NCBI GenBank assembly: GCA_976551045.1
Contig: CDPCPM010000370.1
Span: 2,294,001 to 2,358,000, forward strand
Length of the DNA stretch: 64,000 bases
From: Glaucostegus cemiculus
Taxonomy: Eukaryota
Reading direction: 5' to 3'
How positions within the stretch are numbered: position 1 is the stretch's first letter; each line of letters starts with the position of its first letter. Positions 12,785 to 24,913 of this stretch are shown here, piece after piece. The notes beneath the pieces were generated by a model, which was given only the letters and a program-made list of their open reading frames with translations, had not been told where the DNA came from and ran no database searches. The translations under genes were made by a program, and so were the position numbers.

Positions 12785-13377
12785 AGCCACATATCTTCGG
12801 AAGGATGTGCTAATGCTGGAGAGGGTTCAGAGGAGGTTGACGAGAATGATTCCTGGCATGAAAGGCATTACATATGATGAACGTTTCTCGGCTCTTGCAC
12901 TGTACTCACTGGAATACAGAAGAATGAACAGGGATCTCAAAGAAATGTTCAGCATGTTGGAAAGACAGGACAGAGTTGATGTGGCCAAGCTTTTTCCCTT
13001 GGTGGGTGATTCCAGGACCAGCAGGCACGGACTTAGAATGAGAGCGTACATGTTTGAAAGAAAGATGAGGAGAAATTTCTTTAGCCAGAGGGTAGTGAAT
13101 TCATGGAATTCCTTGCCATGTACAACAATGAAGGCCAGATCATTGGAGGCGTTTGGGAGGAGATAGATGGATATCTAATTAGTCGTTATCAAGGCATATC
13201 GCGATAAGGCCGGAAATTGGGGTTGGAACCGTTTTTTTTCCGCTCATGGATCAGACATTCTCCCTGTTACTCATCTCTTCTTTCTTTTTATTTTCCCCTT
13301 CTCCCTGGAGATTAGTAGATGGTCCGAATGGTCTACTTTTTCTGCTTTGTGATCCAGTTTGATCTTGTGATCTTGTG
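12785..13377 (+). mobile_element. 5'-truncated CR1 LINE, duplicated copy of 7235-7849
   Basis: LERVQRRLTRMIPGMKG...FFSQRVVNSWNSLP with an (ATCTTGTG)2 tail and the same flanks. Confidence 0.88.
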
Positions 13378-13898
13378 AAGCTTGGGCCGTCAACCCTGCG
13401 ATGCTCAGCAAATAAGAAGAAAAGCTGGGCCCTGCGAAGTACGTCGTCCTTCGTTTCGTCAATGCAGCGAATAAGGAAGAAATGTGCACTCAAATTCATA
13501 TTCCTCCACATAAGTTCACCCAACTGCTTGCCGTCTGAGATCACAGTCTCAGTGGACTGAGTAAAGCACAGGAGGACGCTGCGTCATCGAACAGAATAAA
13601 CATGGTTTAGAAATAACAAGCAAACATGAATTAATACGTTGAGTAAATTTTAGTGGATAATGATTTGCGGAAGCCGGTGAGAATTCCACACAGCTGCATA
13701 GATGGTACGAACTAATTCACAGCCATAGTAAGTTTAAATGCTCTGTATCCATTCTGCTGGTAGGACATGGTACACAGAGAAGAGGATAGGATACGAAACA
13801 GCTAAAGGAACAATACAGGGGTGGGTGCTTGCATTTGCAAGTAAATATGAACTGAAATTCGCTGGCCGAATGGGCATTCAAGCAGATTGAGGAGTAAC

Positions 13899-14000
13899 TT
13901 TTTTTTATTGACAGCGTGGTTACATGCCCTTTCGGCCCAATGAGTCCACGCCGCCCATTTTAAACCCCCAAATTAACCAACCCGTACTTCTTTTTTTAAG
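13899..14000 (-). mobile_element. 5'-truncated copy of the same SINE
   Basis: Reverse complement of the 50290-50375 tail with poly(A). Absent from the paralogous V2 flank. Confidence 0.75.
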
Positions 14001-14157
14001 AATAGTTGAAGGCTATTGCATCAGTCTGCTAAAGTTGATTAATAATTACAGAAAACATACTGGCGTTGGAAAGAATGCATCGACCAACCAATATCTGTCT
14101 GAGCTCACTTCCCTCAAAGTCCCCTTGACTCGCTACTGCCTCTAGTGGTTTTCGGGT

Positions 14158-14196
14158 AGTTTTAGTACAGGCTCAACCCTGTTCTGTGCCTCTGTG
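14158..14196 (-). other. 23-RSS of V4 (variant nonamer)
   Basis: CACAGAG, 23 bp spacer, ACTAAAACT. Confidence 0.88.
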
Positions 14197-14989
14197 GGGC
14201 TGAGAGCGCAGTAGTACACGGCCGCGTCTCCCAGCTGTGTTTGAGAAACAGTCAGTGGGACCGTTCCCCTCGAAACATCCAGCTCCGCTGTGAAACGTTG
14301 TCCGGGAGTCTTCTTTGCGTTGCCGTCAAATTTCCTCCTGATCAACAGAAGCTCCAGGGATCCGCCGGGATACCGACGGTACCAGATAAGTGCAAGACTG
14401 CTTGTGCTGGTAGTTGTAAAATTACAATTCATCAGCGTATCACCCCCTTCAGTCACTGTGATCGCAGACGGTGTCTGAGAAACGGCGTCGCCTCGACAAT
14501 GTCCTGAAAGAGTCCGGAGATAATTTCTATCAAACAAAATACCTTACTCAGTTCACCCATCAGAATCATCTCCTCATATCCTGGTACAGAACTGATGGCG
14601 AAACAAAAAGAGAAATACCATCTCCTGGACCATGGAGATTTGTTAGGGTGCCGGGCGGGTAAGGGCATAAGGTCCAGTGAATGAAATTATTTTTTAATGA
14701 ACGTTCAACCCTTCTATCACCATCTTTTTGTTTCTCTTCCGTTTCCGGTTGGAAACGACACAATACCTCCCCGTCGGGGACCGCTGTTAACCGAGAAACT
14801 CTCCGGAAATCTTCTCAGTCCTCTTCCATCTGGATATAACTTTCCGTTCTTGCTTCTCAGACCCTACCCTCCCATTGCAACGATGTATATTCCCGTCACG
14901 CGTGTAACCGTCAATTTTGGAAACGTCTTGAACTTACCGGTGAGGAGAGCTGTTGCTATGACAAACGAATAAAGAGATAGGGCAGGCAT
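14197..14989 (-). CDS. TRAV: TCR V segment V4, family A, intact (leader 14989-14938, V exon 14503-14197)
   Basis: Leader MPALSLYSFVIATALLT|G with GTAAG donor. Open frame with both Cys and the Trp (WYRR), ending YYCALSP. Confidence 0.9.
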
Positions 14990-16114
14990 GTTTGTTGTGC
15001 TTTGCTCGAGAATTTGAACAGAAATGACCTTACTCCAAAGTCAGTCTTAATCAGAAGGTCAAAAGAAGCTGTGATGTCTCGCCTCTACCCTGATTGGTTT
15101 GTTGATGACGGTGTCATATCCGCTCAACACAAAGCACTTTTCTTCTCCAAATCCCCCAATCACCCCTTTTGCACGGTGTTCGCTCTCTGTTTCAATTACA
15201 CGTTGTTCAGCCTCTTTCAGTAATACACCTGCCCTGTTTTGTTTATACACCCATCTGCCATGCATTCAATGTTAATATAAGAGGACATCAGTAATTATCG
15301 TTCTAAATCTATTTGCTTTCGAAGTTCAACGCTGAGATCGCAAATCCCAGTGTTTCTGTACACTGCTGACAGGCACGGTCCTTCCTCAGTTCTAAATTAT
15401 AACTTCTCGAAATTATCCTGTTTGAATGCAATGATATGTGTGTGGTTACATACAAATTATTTATGAAGCCTTGGCCTGTATCCCTGAGATGTTGAGCAAA
15501 AAATAAGGAAAGTTTCTCCATGCAAAGTACGCCGTCTTCATGTTCATACTGCAGCGAATAAAGATGGGGTGCGCAATTATTTCATCCAACAGCTCGTCAT
15601 CTGTGATCGCGGTCTCAGTGGATTGAAAAATCCACAGGAAGGCGCTGCTTCATTGACCTGAATAAACATGCAATTTCACAACTGACAGATAAAATAGTGA
15701 ACAAACATGTTAAGTGAATTTCAGTGGATACCAAATTGCGGTAGCAGGAGAGATTTGCACACAACAGCATAGACCGGGCAAATTGAATCACCGCTTTACT
15801 AAGGTTAAATACCATGTATCAATCTTAATGTTAGGGCATCGTAAAAAGAGAAGAGGTTCGGATAAGATACAGGTAAATGAACGAGGGGGTGGGGAGTTGG
15901 GCTTTCATTTGCGAGTAAATATGAACTGAAATTCGCTGCCCTAATGGGAACTGAAACACATTCAGGAGGAACCTGCTGGAGGAGATTGTATCAGTGTGTT
16001 ATAATTGGTTAACAGAAAATATATTGGCGTTGGGACGAAGACAGAGACCAACCATGATCTGCTGGTGCTCGCAAAGTTCTATTTACTCTCTGCTGCCTCC
16101 AGGTGTGTTCAAGT

Positions 16115-16153
16115 AGTTTTTGTATAGACTCGGCACAGTTCTGTGCCTCTGTG
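16115..16153 (-). other. 23-RSS of V5
   Basis: CACAGAG, 23 bp spacer, ACAAAAACT. Confidence 0.92.
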
Positions 16154-16725
16154 GGGCTCAGAGCGCAGTAATACACGGCCGCGTCTCCCAGCTGCGTTTC
16201 AGACACAGTCAGTGGGACCGTTCCCCTCGAATCATCGAGCTTCGCCGTGAAACGTCCGGGTATTCTCTTTCGGTCGCCGTCGTATTTCGTCCGGAGCAAC
16301 AGAAGCTCCAGGGATCCGCCGGGATACTGACGGTACCAGATTAATGCAGGATTGCTCGTACTTGTAGCTGTATAATTACAGTTCAGCAGCGCATCATCAC
16401 CTTCAGTTATCGTGGTCGTTGCCGGTGTCTGAGAAACAGCGTCGCCTCGACAATGCCCTGAAAGAGTCCCGAGTGAACTTCCATCAAACAATATCTCCTA
16501 ACTCTGTTTTCCCCTCAGAATGACTAGTCATTGCCGGAGATCGGGATCGACCTTCCTATTCCTGCCCCTCAGTTTCTATCCGCCCATTGACACGGCTGTG
16601 TTCATGAAATTAACTGATAAAGTGTTCTGTCCGATCTGTGTGAACCAGAATATTGGAATCGTTTTGAACTTACCGTTTAGGAGAGCTGCTGTTACGAGGA
16701 ACGAATAAATAGATTGGGCTCGCAT
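16154..16725 (-). CDS. TRAV: TCR V segment V5, family A, intact (leader 16725-16674, V exon 16457-16154)
   Basis: Leader MRAQSIYSFLVTAALLN|G, 216-bp intron, open V frame with a one-codon deletion (IPG-RF). Confidence 0.9.
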
Positions 16726-18885
16726 GTTTGCTGTGTGTTGACAGTGAATTTGAACAGAAATGCTGTCACTCTGAGGTTCTACTGAGTCAGACGGGCGGAA
16801 GAAGCTTTGACGTCTCACCTCTCTATTGATTGGTTTGTTGCTGACGGTGTCACATCTGCTCAACACAAATTTCTTATCTTCTGCACCTCCCCAATCAGCT
16901 CTGTTTCTCAACTCCTCCAATCCCCCACTTCTTATCTGTTCCTCAATCCCACCAGTCAACTCAAAGGTACTCTCTTTTATGTCGCAGATCCGCGGACACT
17001 GTCCTTACATTACTTCCTCCGTGCAGACGGCTCAGCAGAATGTAGGCGATAGAGGATCGTTGGCAGAGTCAGTACTGTCTGAGAAAGTATATTCGCTCAT
17101 TGCCAAGGCTGAAAGGAAGACATGGGAGCCATCTCCAAGTGAGAAACCTACCGTTTCTGTCCTAGTTGAGGAGACATACCTTCACCTGCAAAGTTCTAAA
17201 TTTCTGGGTCACTGCACGTCGGATTCAGATTCTTTGCTCTTTCTAAAATTCGAGAATGTGATTGACAATGAGTCACAGTGTCAGAGAGTTAGAGTCTCAC
17301 GCACAAAATTGGCCCTTATGCAAACACACTCAATGCCCTCTATTTTGTCTATCTGCCTTAATCGCTTCTTGCCACATTCGGTCTGCACCCTTCTTTGCTT
17401 CCTCAATTTATGATCTGTCTTAATGTGCCGTAACTACAGTAGTTTTCCATGTTTACACCGCCCTCTCTGGAGGCCCGTTACAGATATCAACCACATTCTC
17501 TGCAATAGAGACGTTTACACTTCAGTTCCTAATTGCAACAGTTTTCTCTCAATTTAAAAGGCCGTCCGCTTGTGGTTGAGTCGACGATGGTCAAACAGAG
17601 GAAAAATAACGTTCAGCGTTCTTATGGCTCTGATAATCTGACGTACCTCTGTCAGGTCACTCTGCAGTACTCGTCGTTTTAGGGGGAACTCGCCCAACCC
17701 ATCCCAAAGCTCCATACAAATAACTTCATCGAATCCTGACAATATCCCCATGAATTTCCCCTGCAGACACAGCGAAACCACATCCTTCCTTTACAGTGAC
17801 GACTACAAAGGCACTCACAATTCCCAAGTTGAGAACATGAGGCGATTGTGGACTGTGATAATTAGGACTGAAATTGAAGATGACATCAGTGATGAGCCGA
17901 GGTGTCTCGAACGGTGGAGCAGACTCCAGACGTCCCCCTGCGCTTCTTGGTGAGAGCTCCCTCTGCTGAGCGCTCATGGTAACTCTTGGGGACGGGCTTT
18001 GAACAGAGCTACGTCAGATCCCTGCAACGGTGCCCTGTCCCTTCCACATGTTGACCGTAGAGTCGGAAATCATCTATTTGTTAAGTTTGGATGCCTTGGT
18101 GGCGGTTCCATGTAAATTAGTGAAAATAAGTTGTAGATAATTGGTTTATGAAACGTGGATTTATTTCAACCATGGAGATTTGAAGTAATTAACTCGGTTT
18201 TCTGGCGGTCTGACAGTGCCAAAATCCAGTTTGCAGAGAAGAGCCTGTTTTAAACTTGCATGTTAGTTTGACATTACAACACTCTTCTCGTGAATATTCA
18301 AGGTCCGAATATTCCATGCTCCATGTGGCGCAATTCGAACAAACCAAAATAGAAAATTTCGTGATCGATATTTTCATCAATCCGATTGACAGCCGTCAGC
18401 GTGAGAAGCCAAAGCTCGCGGAGCACTGAAACGACTATGGGAAGCAGTTTGACACAATTTCACACACTTCCTGTCTTCGTAACTCTTACATCCGGCGAAC
18501 GCTCGTTTGAGGCACAAATACCGATTTACTCCTCCACTACGATGAGGGGGCAAGAACTGAAAATCTGAGCACTGAAAGCAGCAACATCTCTCCACACAGA
18601 GGCCAAGCAAGCTGAATTAGATTGGAATTTAACGGGCCCAATGGCAAATTTAAACAGAACTATTACTGTTCAAATTCCTGGATTGTGTGCCCTTCAGATC
18701 AGCAAAAGTTGGAACGGGACAATAAACGTTTGGGTGGAGTCTGTGTTCCAGCTTCCGGTCACCAAAGAGCAACTTGAATGAAGCGGATGGAGAGTAGCAG
18801 AACATACGATCCATCCTCTAACATAATGACAGGCTTTATTTGAAGGAAGCATTGGAAATACTCAGCAGGTCATTGGACATCGTTT

Positions 18886-19024
18886 TCTCTCTCTCGCTCG
18901 CTCACTCTCTCTATGTTACTTTCTCTCTTCTTGTCTCTCTCTCTCCCTCTCTCCTTCCCTCTCTTTCTCTCTCTCTTTCTATTTCGCTTTCTATCTTTCT
19001 GAATCTGTCTGTCTGTCTGTCTGA

Positions 19025-19061
<37 letters not shown>

Positions 19062-19090
19062 GGTCTCTTTCTCTCTCCTGTTCTCTCTCC
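18886..19090. repeat. (CT)n-rich microsatellite
   Basis: Direct inspection. Confidence 0.9.
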
Positions 19091-20415
19091 ACGTATATTC
19101 TAAGCTCTAGTGCGGATTGCATTTTCTGAGCCAATGAGGTGCGAACGGATGCCGATTGAATCATCATGACGTCCAGTTAGCCCACGTGACGCCTACGCCT
19201 GATTACTATATGTGTTTTATGTTTGCTTTCACCGGCTCCAATTCAGAGGCTCCTTCCCAATTGCTCGCTTGCATTTTAACTCTTAAGCGGTCACAGCATT
19301 TGCAAAATTCTGGATTCCAAATGAAATACGCCGAGATTCTGTCTACTCAACCGTACCACCTGCATTATCGATACCAGTCCGTGGGGTTGCAACAAGAAGA
19401 GGTTTCTGTGGAGGTCACACATCTACAACGGCAAGTCACAGAATTCCATGCGTGGAGAAAATTCTTTGTTTTTGGGCAAAGACACACAGAGCTCGAGAAG
19501 AAACAGTTTGCACAAAGCTTCGTTAACACAGTAAGTGTCAGCGTTTCTGTTCACGCAAAGATTTCCCCACATTAGAAGCTCTTATTTTGATGGATAAACA
19601 GTTATATCCCCTTGCAATTTAGCAGATATATTTGAGGAAATGGAAAAATACACAGCGCCGTGATAAATAAAAGCCCAAGACAGATTTTTTCCCCTTAGCA
19701 GAAGGGAATAATTGTCAAATGTGGCAATTAATTAGTTGAGGCCTGGACTGAATAGAAAACATTAACTCCAGTCACTGTTCATATTAGCCCAGTCCATGTT
19801 GCACCAGGTAAAATTTTTTAATTAAACTATCTTTAAAATATCGCCCCAGTGTTTGTTCATATTTCACTCTTCCATATTACATTTTCCCCCATCTCCACTC
19901 AATGAGGTATCAGAGCCTAAGACATGAGGTTTGCCTGCAACATATTCAATATATGCTCCATCATCCCTCGACCAAATTCGGAGCCGTATTGTCCTGTTCT
20001 ATTTTACTCAGGGCCATCGCTCTTAATATTGTAGGTCTCCGAACTGAATTCAGCATAGTCAAGTTTCATATCATAACATTCCCGAAAATCCCAGAACCGG
20101 ACTTCATTTACTTACCACACACTTTCCCTTTTGTAGGATCTTTACTGACATTATTTGAATTGCTATATCACTGGATTTGGAGCACTTATACCATTGCAGA
20201 TTTTGCAACTCAGCCCTCCAGTTATAGGAGGAGAAAGCTTGATTTAAATTAATTAATTTTATAAAACATATTGCGTAAAATGTACTGATGTTACAACAGC
20301 CTCTGTTACACGGCGTCCGATCATAAGGCGTTGGGGCGAAAGCTGAGACCAACCAAGATCCGCTTGAGCTCACAAAGTTCCATTTACTCACTGCTGCCTC
20401 TAGGGGTGTTCAGGT

Positions 20416-20454
20416 GGTTTTTGTACAGGCTCATCCCAGGTCTGTGTCTCTGTG
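20416..20454 (-). other. 23-RSS of V6
   Basis: CACAGAG, 23 bp spacer, ACAAAAACC. Confidence 0.93.
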
Positions 20455-21279
20455 GGTCTCAGAGCGCAGTAGTACACGGCTGGATCTCCCAGCTGCGTTT
20501 CAGACAAACTCAGTGGGACAGTTCCCCTCGAAACATCAAGCTCCGCCGTGAAACGTTGTCCGGGAATTTTGTTTCGGTCGCCGTCGAATTTCGTCCTGAT
20601 CAACAGAAGCTCCAGGGATCCGCCGGGATACTGACGGTACCAGATTAGGCCCGGGTTGTCCATGCTGGTAGTATAATTACAGTTCAATAGCGCATCATCC
20701 CCTTCCGTCACTGTGGTCGCAGCCGGTGTCTGAGAAACAGCGTCTCCTCGGCAATGTCCTGAAAGAGTCCCGAGTGAAATTCCATCAAACAATATCACCT
20801 TGTTGTGCTCTCTCCTTAGGATCACCCCCTGATCCCTGGTACAGACGCGAGGAGGTAACAAAAACAGTTCTGTCCCTCACTAATTGACCAGTAGGGGTGG
20901 AGGGAAATGCGCTATGGTCGACTGAATGATATTGTTTTCAAAGGTCTTTCCAACCCCTTCCACAACCGTCAGCTCATCACTACGACGTCTCAGGTGGAAG
21001 AGGACACAACGCTGCCCCTTCGCGGACAACAGCGAGACTGCCTGCTATTGACATAGAATCACCCCTCAAACCTTCTAATTTCACTTACTGGAGATCTGTA
21101 TCGACTCCCCTATTCCTGCCCCTCAGTTCCCATCGTCTCATTGACACGATTGCATTCATGAAATTAACTGATGAAGTATCCTGTCCCATATGTGTGCACC
21201 ACAATGTTAGAAACATCGTGAACTTACCAGGTAAGAGATATGCTGCTATGAGAAACGAATAAATCGATTGGGCCAGCAT
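20455..21279 (-). CDS. TRAV: TCR V segment V6, family A, intact (leader 21279-21228, V exon 20758-20455)
   Basis: Leader MLAQSIYSFLIAAYLLP|G, open frame ending GDPAVYYCALRP. Confidence 0.9.
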
Positions 21280-23753
21280 GTTTGTCGTGCGTTGAGAGTG
21301 AATTTGAACAGAAATTCTGTCACTCTGAAGTTAGTCTGAATTAGACGGTAGGATGAAGCTGTGAAGTCTCTCCTCTCTACTGATTTGCTTGTTGCTGACA
21401 GTGTCACATCCGCTCAATACAAAGTTCCTTCCTTCTCTAACTCACCCAATCAGAATTTTATCATTCCCCTCATGCCCTCACTGCTTCGTTGTTCGGTATT
21501 TCAACAAATCAACTCAAGGGTCCTTTGTTTTCTCTGAATCGCCGTCGTATATTTGGGGAGATCGGACGTATATGACTGCCTCGTCTGAATGACAGAGACA
21601 AAGGCAAAGACTGAAGAATTAGGACTGACTTCACAGCATGTCGGAGGAAGATACCAGTTGGATAATTTCCCTTTCTGCCATGTCTGATACGAAGAGACAT
21701 GTCCGTCTCTAAGTGAGAAACCAACCATTTTGGACTGAGTTAAAGAGACATAGCGTCGCTCAGATATCCAGGTCACACTACGTCGGCTTGAGATTCTTTG
21801 CTGTTTATAATTTTCAAGAATGAGATCGATGAAGAGTCACAGTGTCATGGAGTGAAAGAGTCTGATGGCACCAAACGAACGTTTCTGCCAACGTGTCAAA
21901 GCCCACATTTATTGTCCATCGACCCCAAACACTTCTCCCCATATTTGGTCTGTATCCTTCCTTGCTTTGCCTGTTTACCCACCTGTCTGAATACTTGCAG
22001 TAACTCTTGGGGAGTGCCTTTGTACAAAGACACTTCAGATCCCTGCCACTGGGCCCTCTTCTCACCAGAAGTTGATCCCGGAGTCAGAGAACATCCGCTT
22101 GTTCAGTTCAGAGGCCTTTGTAGCTCTTAAGTTTAAACGTAAATTGATGGCTATGAAAGTTGCAGATAAATGGCACCTGAAATCTGAATTTAGATTTAAT
22201 TAACCATGGAGATTTGAAGGGATTAACTCGGGTGTTTGAAGTTCTAGCAGTAACAAAATTCAGATGGTAGAGAAGAGCCTGTATTTAACTTTTATGTTAG
22301 TTTGACATTACTTCCCTTTTCTCCCTCAAGTCCAAGGTCAGGATATTACATTGAGTCCTCGAGACCCCATTCTAAAAAAATCCAAGATGATAGAAATGAT
22401 CGTCATCAATATCAGTAATTTTAATCCCGCCGCTTTCATCAATCATGGTGACAGCTGTCAGTCTGAGAAAGGAGAGCTTACTGAGAAGTGATATGATGAT
22501 TAGAAGGGGCATGACAATGTTCCACATGACGCTTCCTGCGTTCCTTGCACTAAAGTTCGGCAAACGCTCCATCGAGGTACCAGTGCCGATTCCCGCCCCC
22601 ACTGCCATGCGGTGCCAAGAAATGACAAACAGGGAATCAAAGGCAGCAATATATCGGCAAAAGAAAGGCAGTTAAGTTCATTAAAAGTGGAGCTGGGCCT
22701 GTGGTCTGAACGGGCGCAGAGGCAAAAGTCAGTGGAACAATGGCACTTCAAAATGATGGTTCGTGTGCCAGAATCTCCACGGATGTGATCTGGAAAGTCA
22801 AAGCAAAACTGAAAGATTAGATTGGTGGATGATCACATTTCCATCTCAACCAATGTTCGAGAAGGAATTGTTAAACACAATTACCTGTCATAAATGCTGC
22901 CCACACAACAGACCAACACGGGAGTCGCTCTTCATTGTGTCGATCCGCGCAGCAAAACCGCGGCCTGAGAAATTGACGCTGCCTGTTGCAAAGCTTTTCG
23001 TCACTAATCTGCTCATTGACGTTGTATATCCTCATGTAAACCCCGTGTGTCTCATAGGCGCTCTGCAGACCATTGGTATGAACTTGTTGCAACTGAATGG
23101 AAAAGTGCGAACATAGGAGACTAAGGTGACCCTTCGCTCCAGGGCATTCAGGTAAATATACTCTGCATCTTCTGAAGGAAGTTGACACATTCCGAATGTA
23201 TAATGCGCAGGACTAGGTGCAGAGATATATGTTACCCAACTAGAGCTGGTGAAATACTCGCTGTCTAGGTTGGCCAAGATCACATGTTCAGATATTACGG
23301 AAAACAAACGATATGTGAGTGGAAAAAGAAGCTAGTGTTGTGGTACAAAGCAAGCCTGGTCATACGAATCGACGCAGCAGGTGAGAATGGAGGAATAGAC
23401 TAATACCTGAGCTATGCATTTCCCTTGTATCATTGAAGCCCCTCGGGATCCTTCCAGTCACGTGATATGTTTCCAAACCTGGGATTTGCGAAATGGGATG
23501 CACTTGAGAATTAAAAATGAATTGAAGAACTGAGGATAAGGAATGCCCTTCTTTAATTTTGTCATGAACGATTGGAGCCAGTGCACCACACCTTTGGTCC
23601 TTGACTCTTTCTTCCTGACCATCCCAACAGTTTCAAGGTGTAATTACTGATTTCCATTTTCTTGCAAGGAAGTGCCCGCTGGTGGGCATTCGCAGAAACG
23701 CATCAATTTGTTGTTCGTGATCTATCGGCTTCCGCCTCATTGTGGGGAGGGTC

Positions 23754-24296
23754 ACAAGATCACAAGATCACAAGATCACAAGATAATGGAGCAGAAGCAG
23801 GCCAGTTGGCCCATCGAGTCTGCTCCAAAGGGAAGGGAGGGTGGGAAAAAAAACCCTACTATTCTAAGTCCAAATCCCTGCCTTATCTCCATATCCCTTG
23901 ATACCTTGACCAATTAGATATCTATCTATTTCCTTCTTAAATATCCCCAATGATCTGGCTTCCACTGCTTTCTGTGGTAAGGAGTTCCACAGGTTCACCA
24001 CCCTCTGGCTAAAGAAATTCCTCCTTATCTCTGTTTTGAACCTGCTTCTTCTAATTCTAAGTTTGTGTCCTCTAGTCCTGGATTCCCCCACCAAGGGAAA
24101 CAGCTTGACCACATTCACTTGGTCCATTCCTTTCAACATCCTGTACGTTTCTATTAGGTCCCCTCTCATTCTTCTGTACTCCAACGAGTACAGTCCAAGT
24201 GACGACAGTCGCTCGTCATATGTAAACTTTTTCATCCCAGGAATCATCCTAGTAAATCTCCTCTGAACCCTCTCCAACATCAGCACATCCTTCCTC
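23754..24296 (-). mobile_element. Young 5'-truncated CR1 LINE
   Basis: Open ORF2 C-terminus (LERVQRRFTRMIPG...FFSQRVVNLWNSLP), (ATCTTGTG)4 tail, candidate TSD AGGGTC at 23748-23753 and 24297-24302. Confidence 0.9.
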
Positions 24297-24401
24297 AGGG
24301 TCGAGTGGTATCGGAGCGACTCATCCGGGTTCATGGAGCCTTTTGCGCGGAGTCCCCATCATTCCTCCTCCTCTGAAATTCTTCTCTTTGTATGCATGAG
24401 A

Positions 24402-24415
24402 GCGCTCTCTGGCGG
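24402..24415 (-). promoter_or_regulatory. Putative CTCF-binding element 3' of V7 RSS
   Basis: CCGCCAGAGAGCGC, 24 bp from the nonamer. Confidence 0.65.
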
Positions 24416-24439
24416 GTGTTCGTTGTGTCTATCAGGGTG

Positions 24440-24478
24440 CATTTTTGACAAGGTGCGCAATATCTCCGCGGCACTGTG
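24440..24478 (-). other. 23-RSS of V7
   Basis: CACAGTG, 23 bp spacer, TCAAAAATG. Confidence 0.88.
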
Positions 24479-24913
24479 GGATTCATCGCGCAGAGATACG
24501 TCGCAGAATCGGAGACAAGAACTTCGGAGACGTGTAAAAGAACGGTACTGCTGTCTTTGAATAAAAAGGAAGAAAATCGAGGTGGGAATTCGGGAGATCG
24601 GTCTTCTGCCTCAGAGATGAACTTCCGCAGCACATACCTCGGGAATTCTCCGTGATATTGAACGTACCAGAAAAGAGCGTTTGGCAAAGATGCTGACGAG
24701 TAACTGCAATTCAGAGTTGCGGTCTGTCCTTCTACGATCGTTAATTCAGTCGGATGCTGAAACAATGAATCTTTGCCAATCGCTCCTAGAACACAGCACA
24801 AATTTGTGAAACCTCCTTGTACGGACCTAAAGCATTTGACATACAGATCATTTAAGCTAAGACTCACCGTGCAACAAAGCCGTTAGGATGAGGGACGAGC
24901 ACAGGTACAACAT
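24479..24913 (-). CDS. TRAV: TCR V segment V7, divergent singleton, intact (leader 24913-24868, V exon 24785-24479)
   Basis: Leader MLYLCSSLILTALLH|G, 82-bp GT-AG intron, motifs TLNCSY, FWYVQ and DSATYLCAMNP. Confidence 0.9.

Larger units (their letters stand above)
5240..16457. repeat. Tandem segmental duplication, about 5.6 kb x2 (about 5240-10810 and 10810-16457)
   Basis: Colinear leaders, CR1 insertion, V2/V4 and V3/V5 exons and flanks. Confidence 0.85.

Noticed and set aside
23754-23783. Short direct-repeat array (CACAAGAT)n
   Set aside because: It is the 3' microsatellite tail of a CR1 element. There are no spacers and it is not CRISPR-like.
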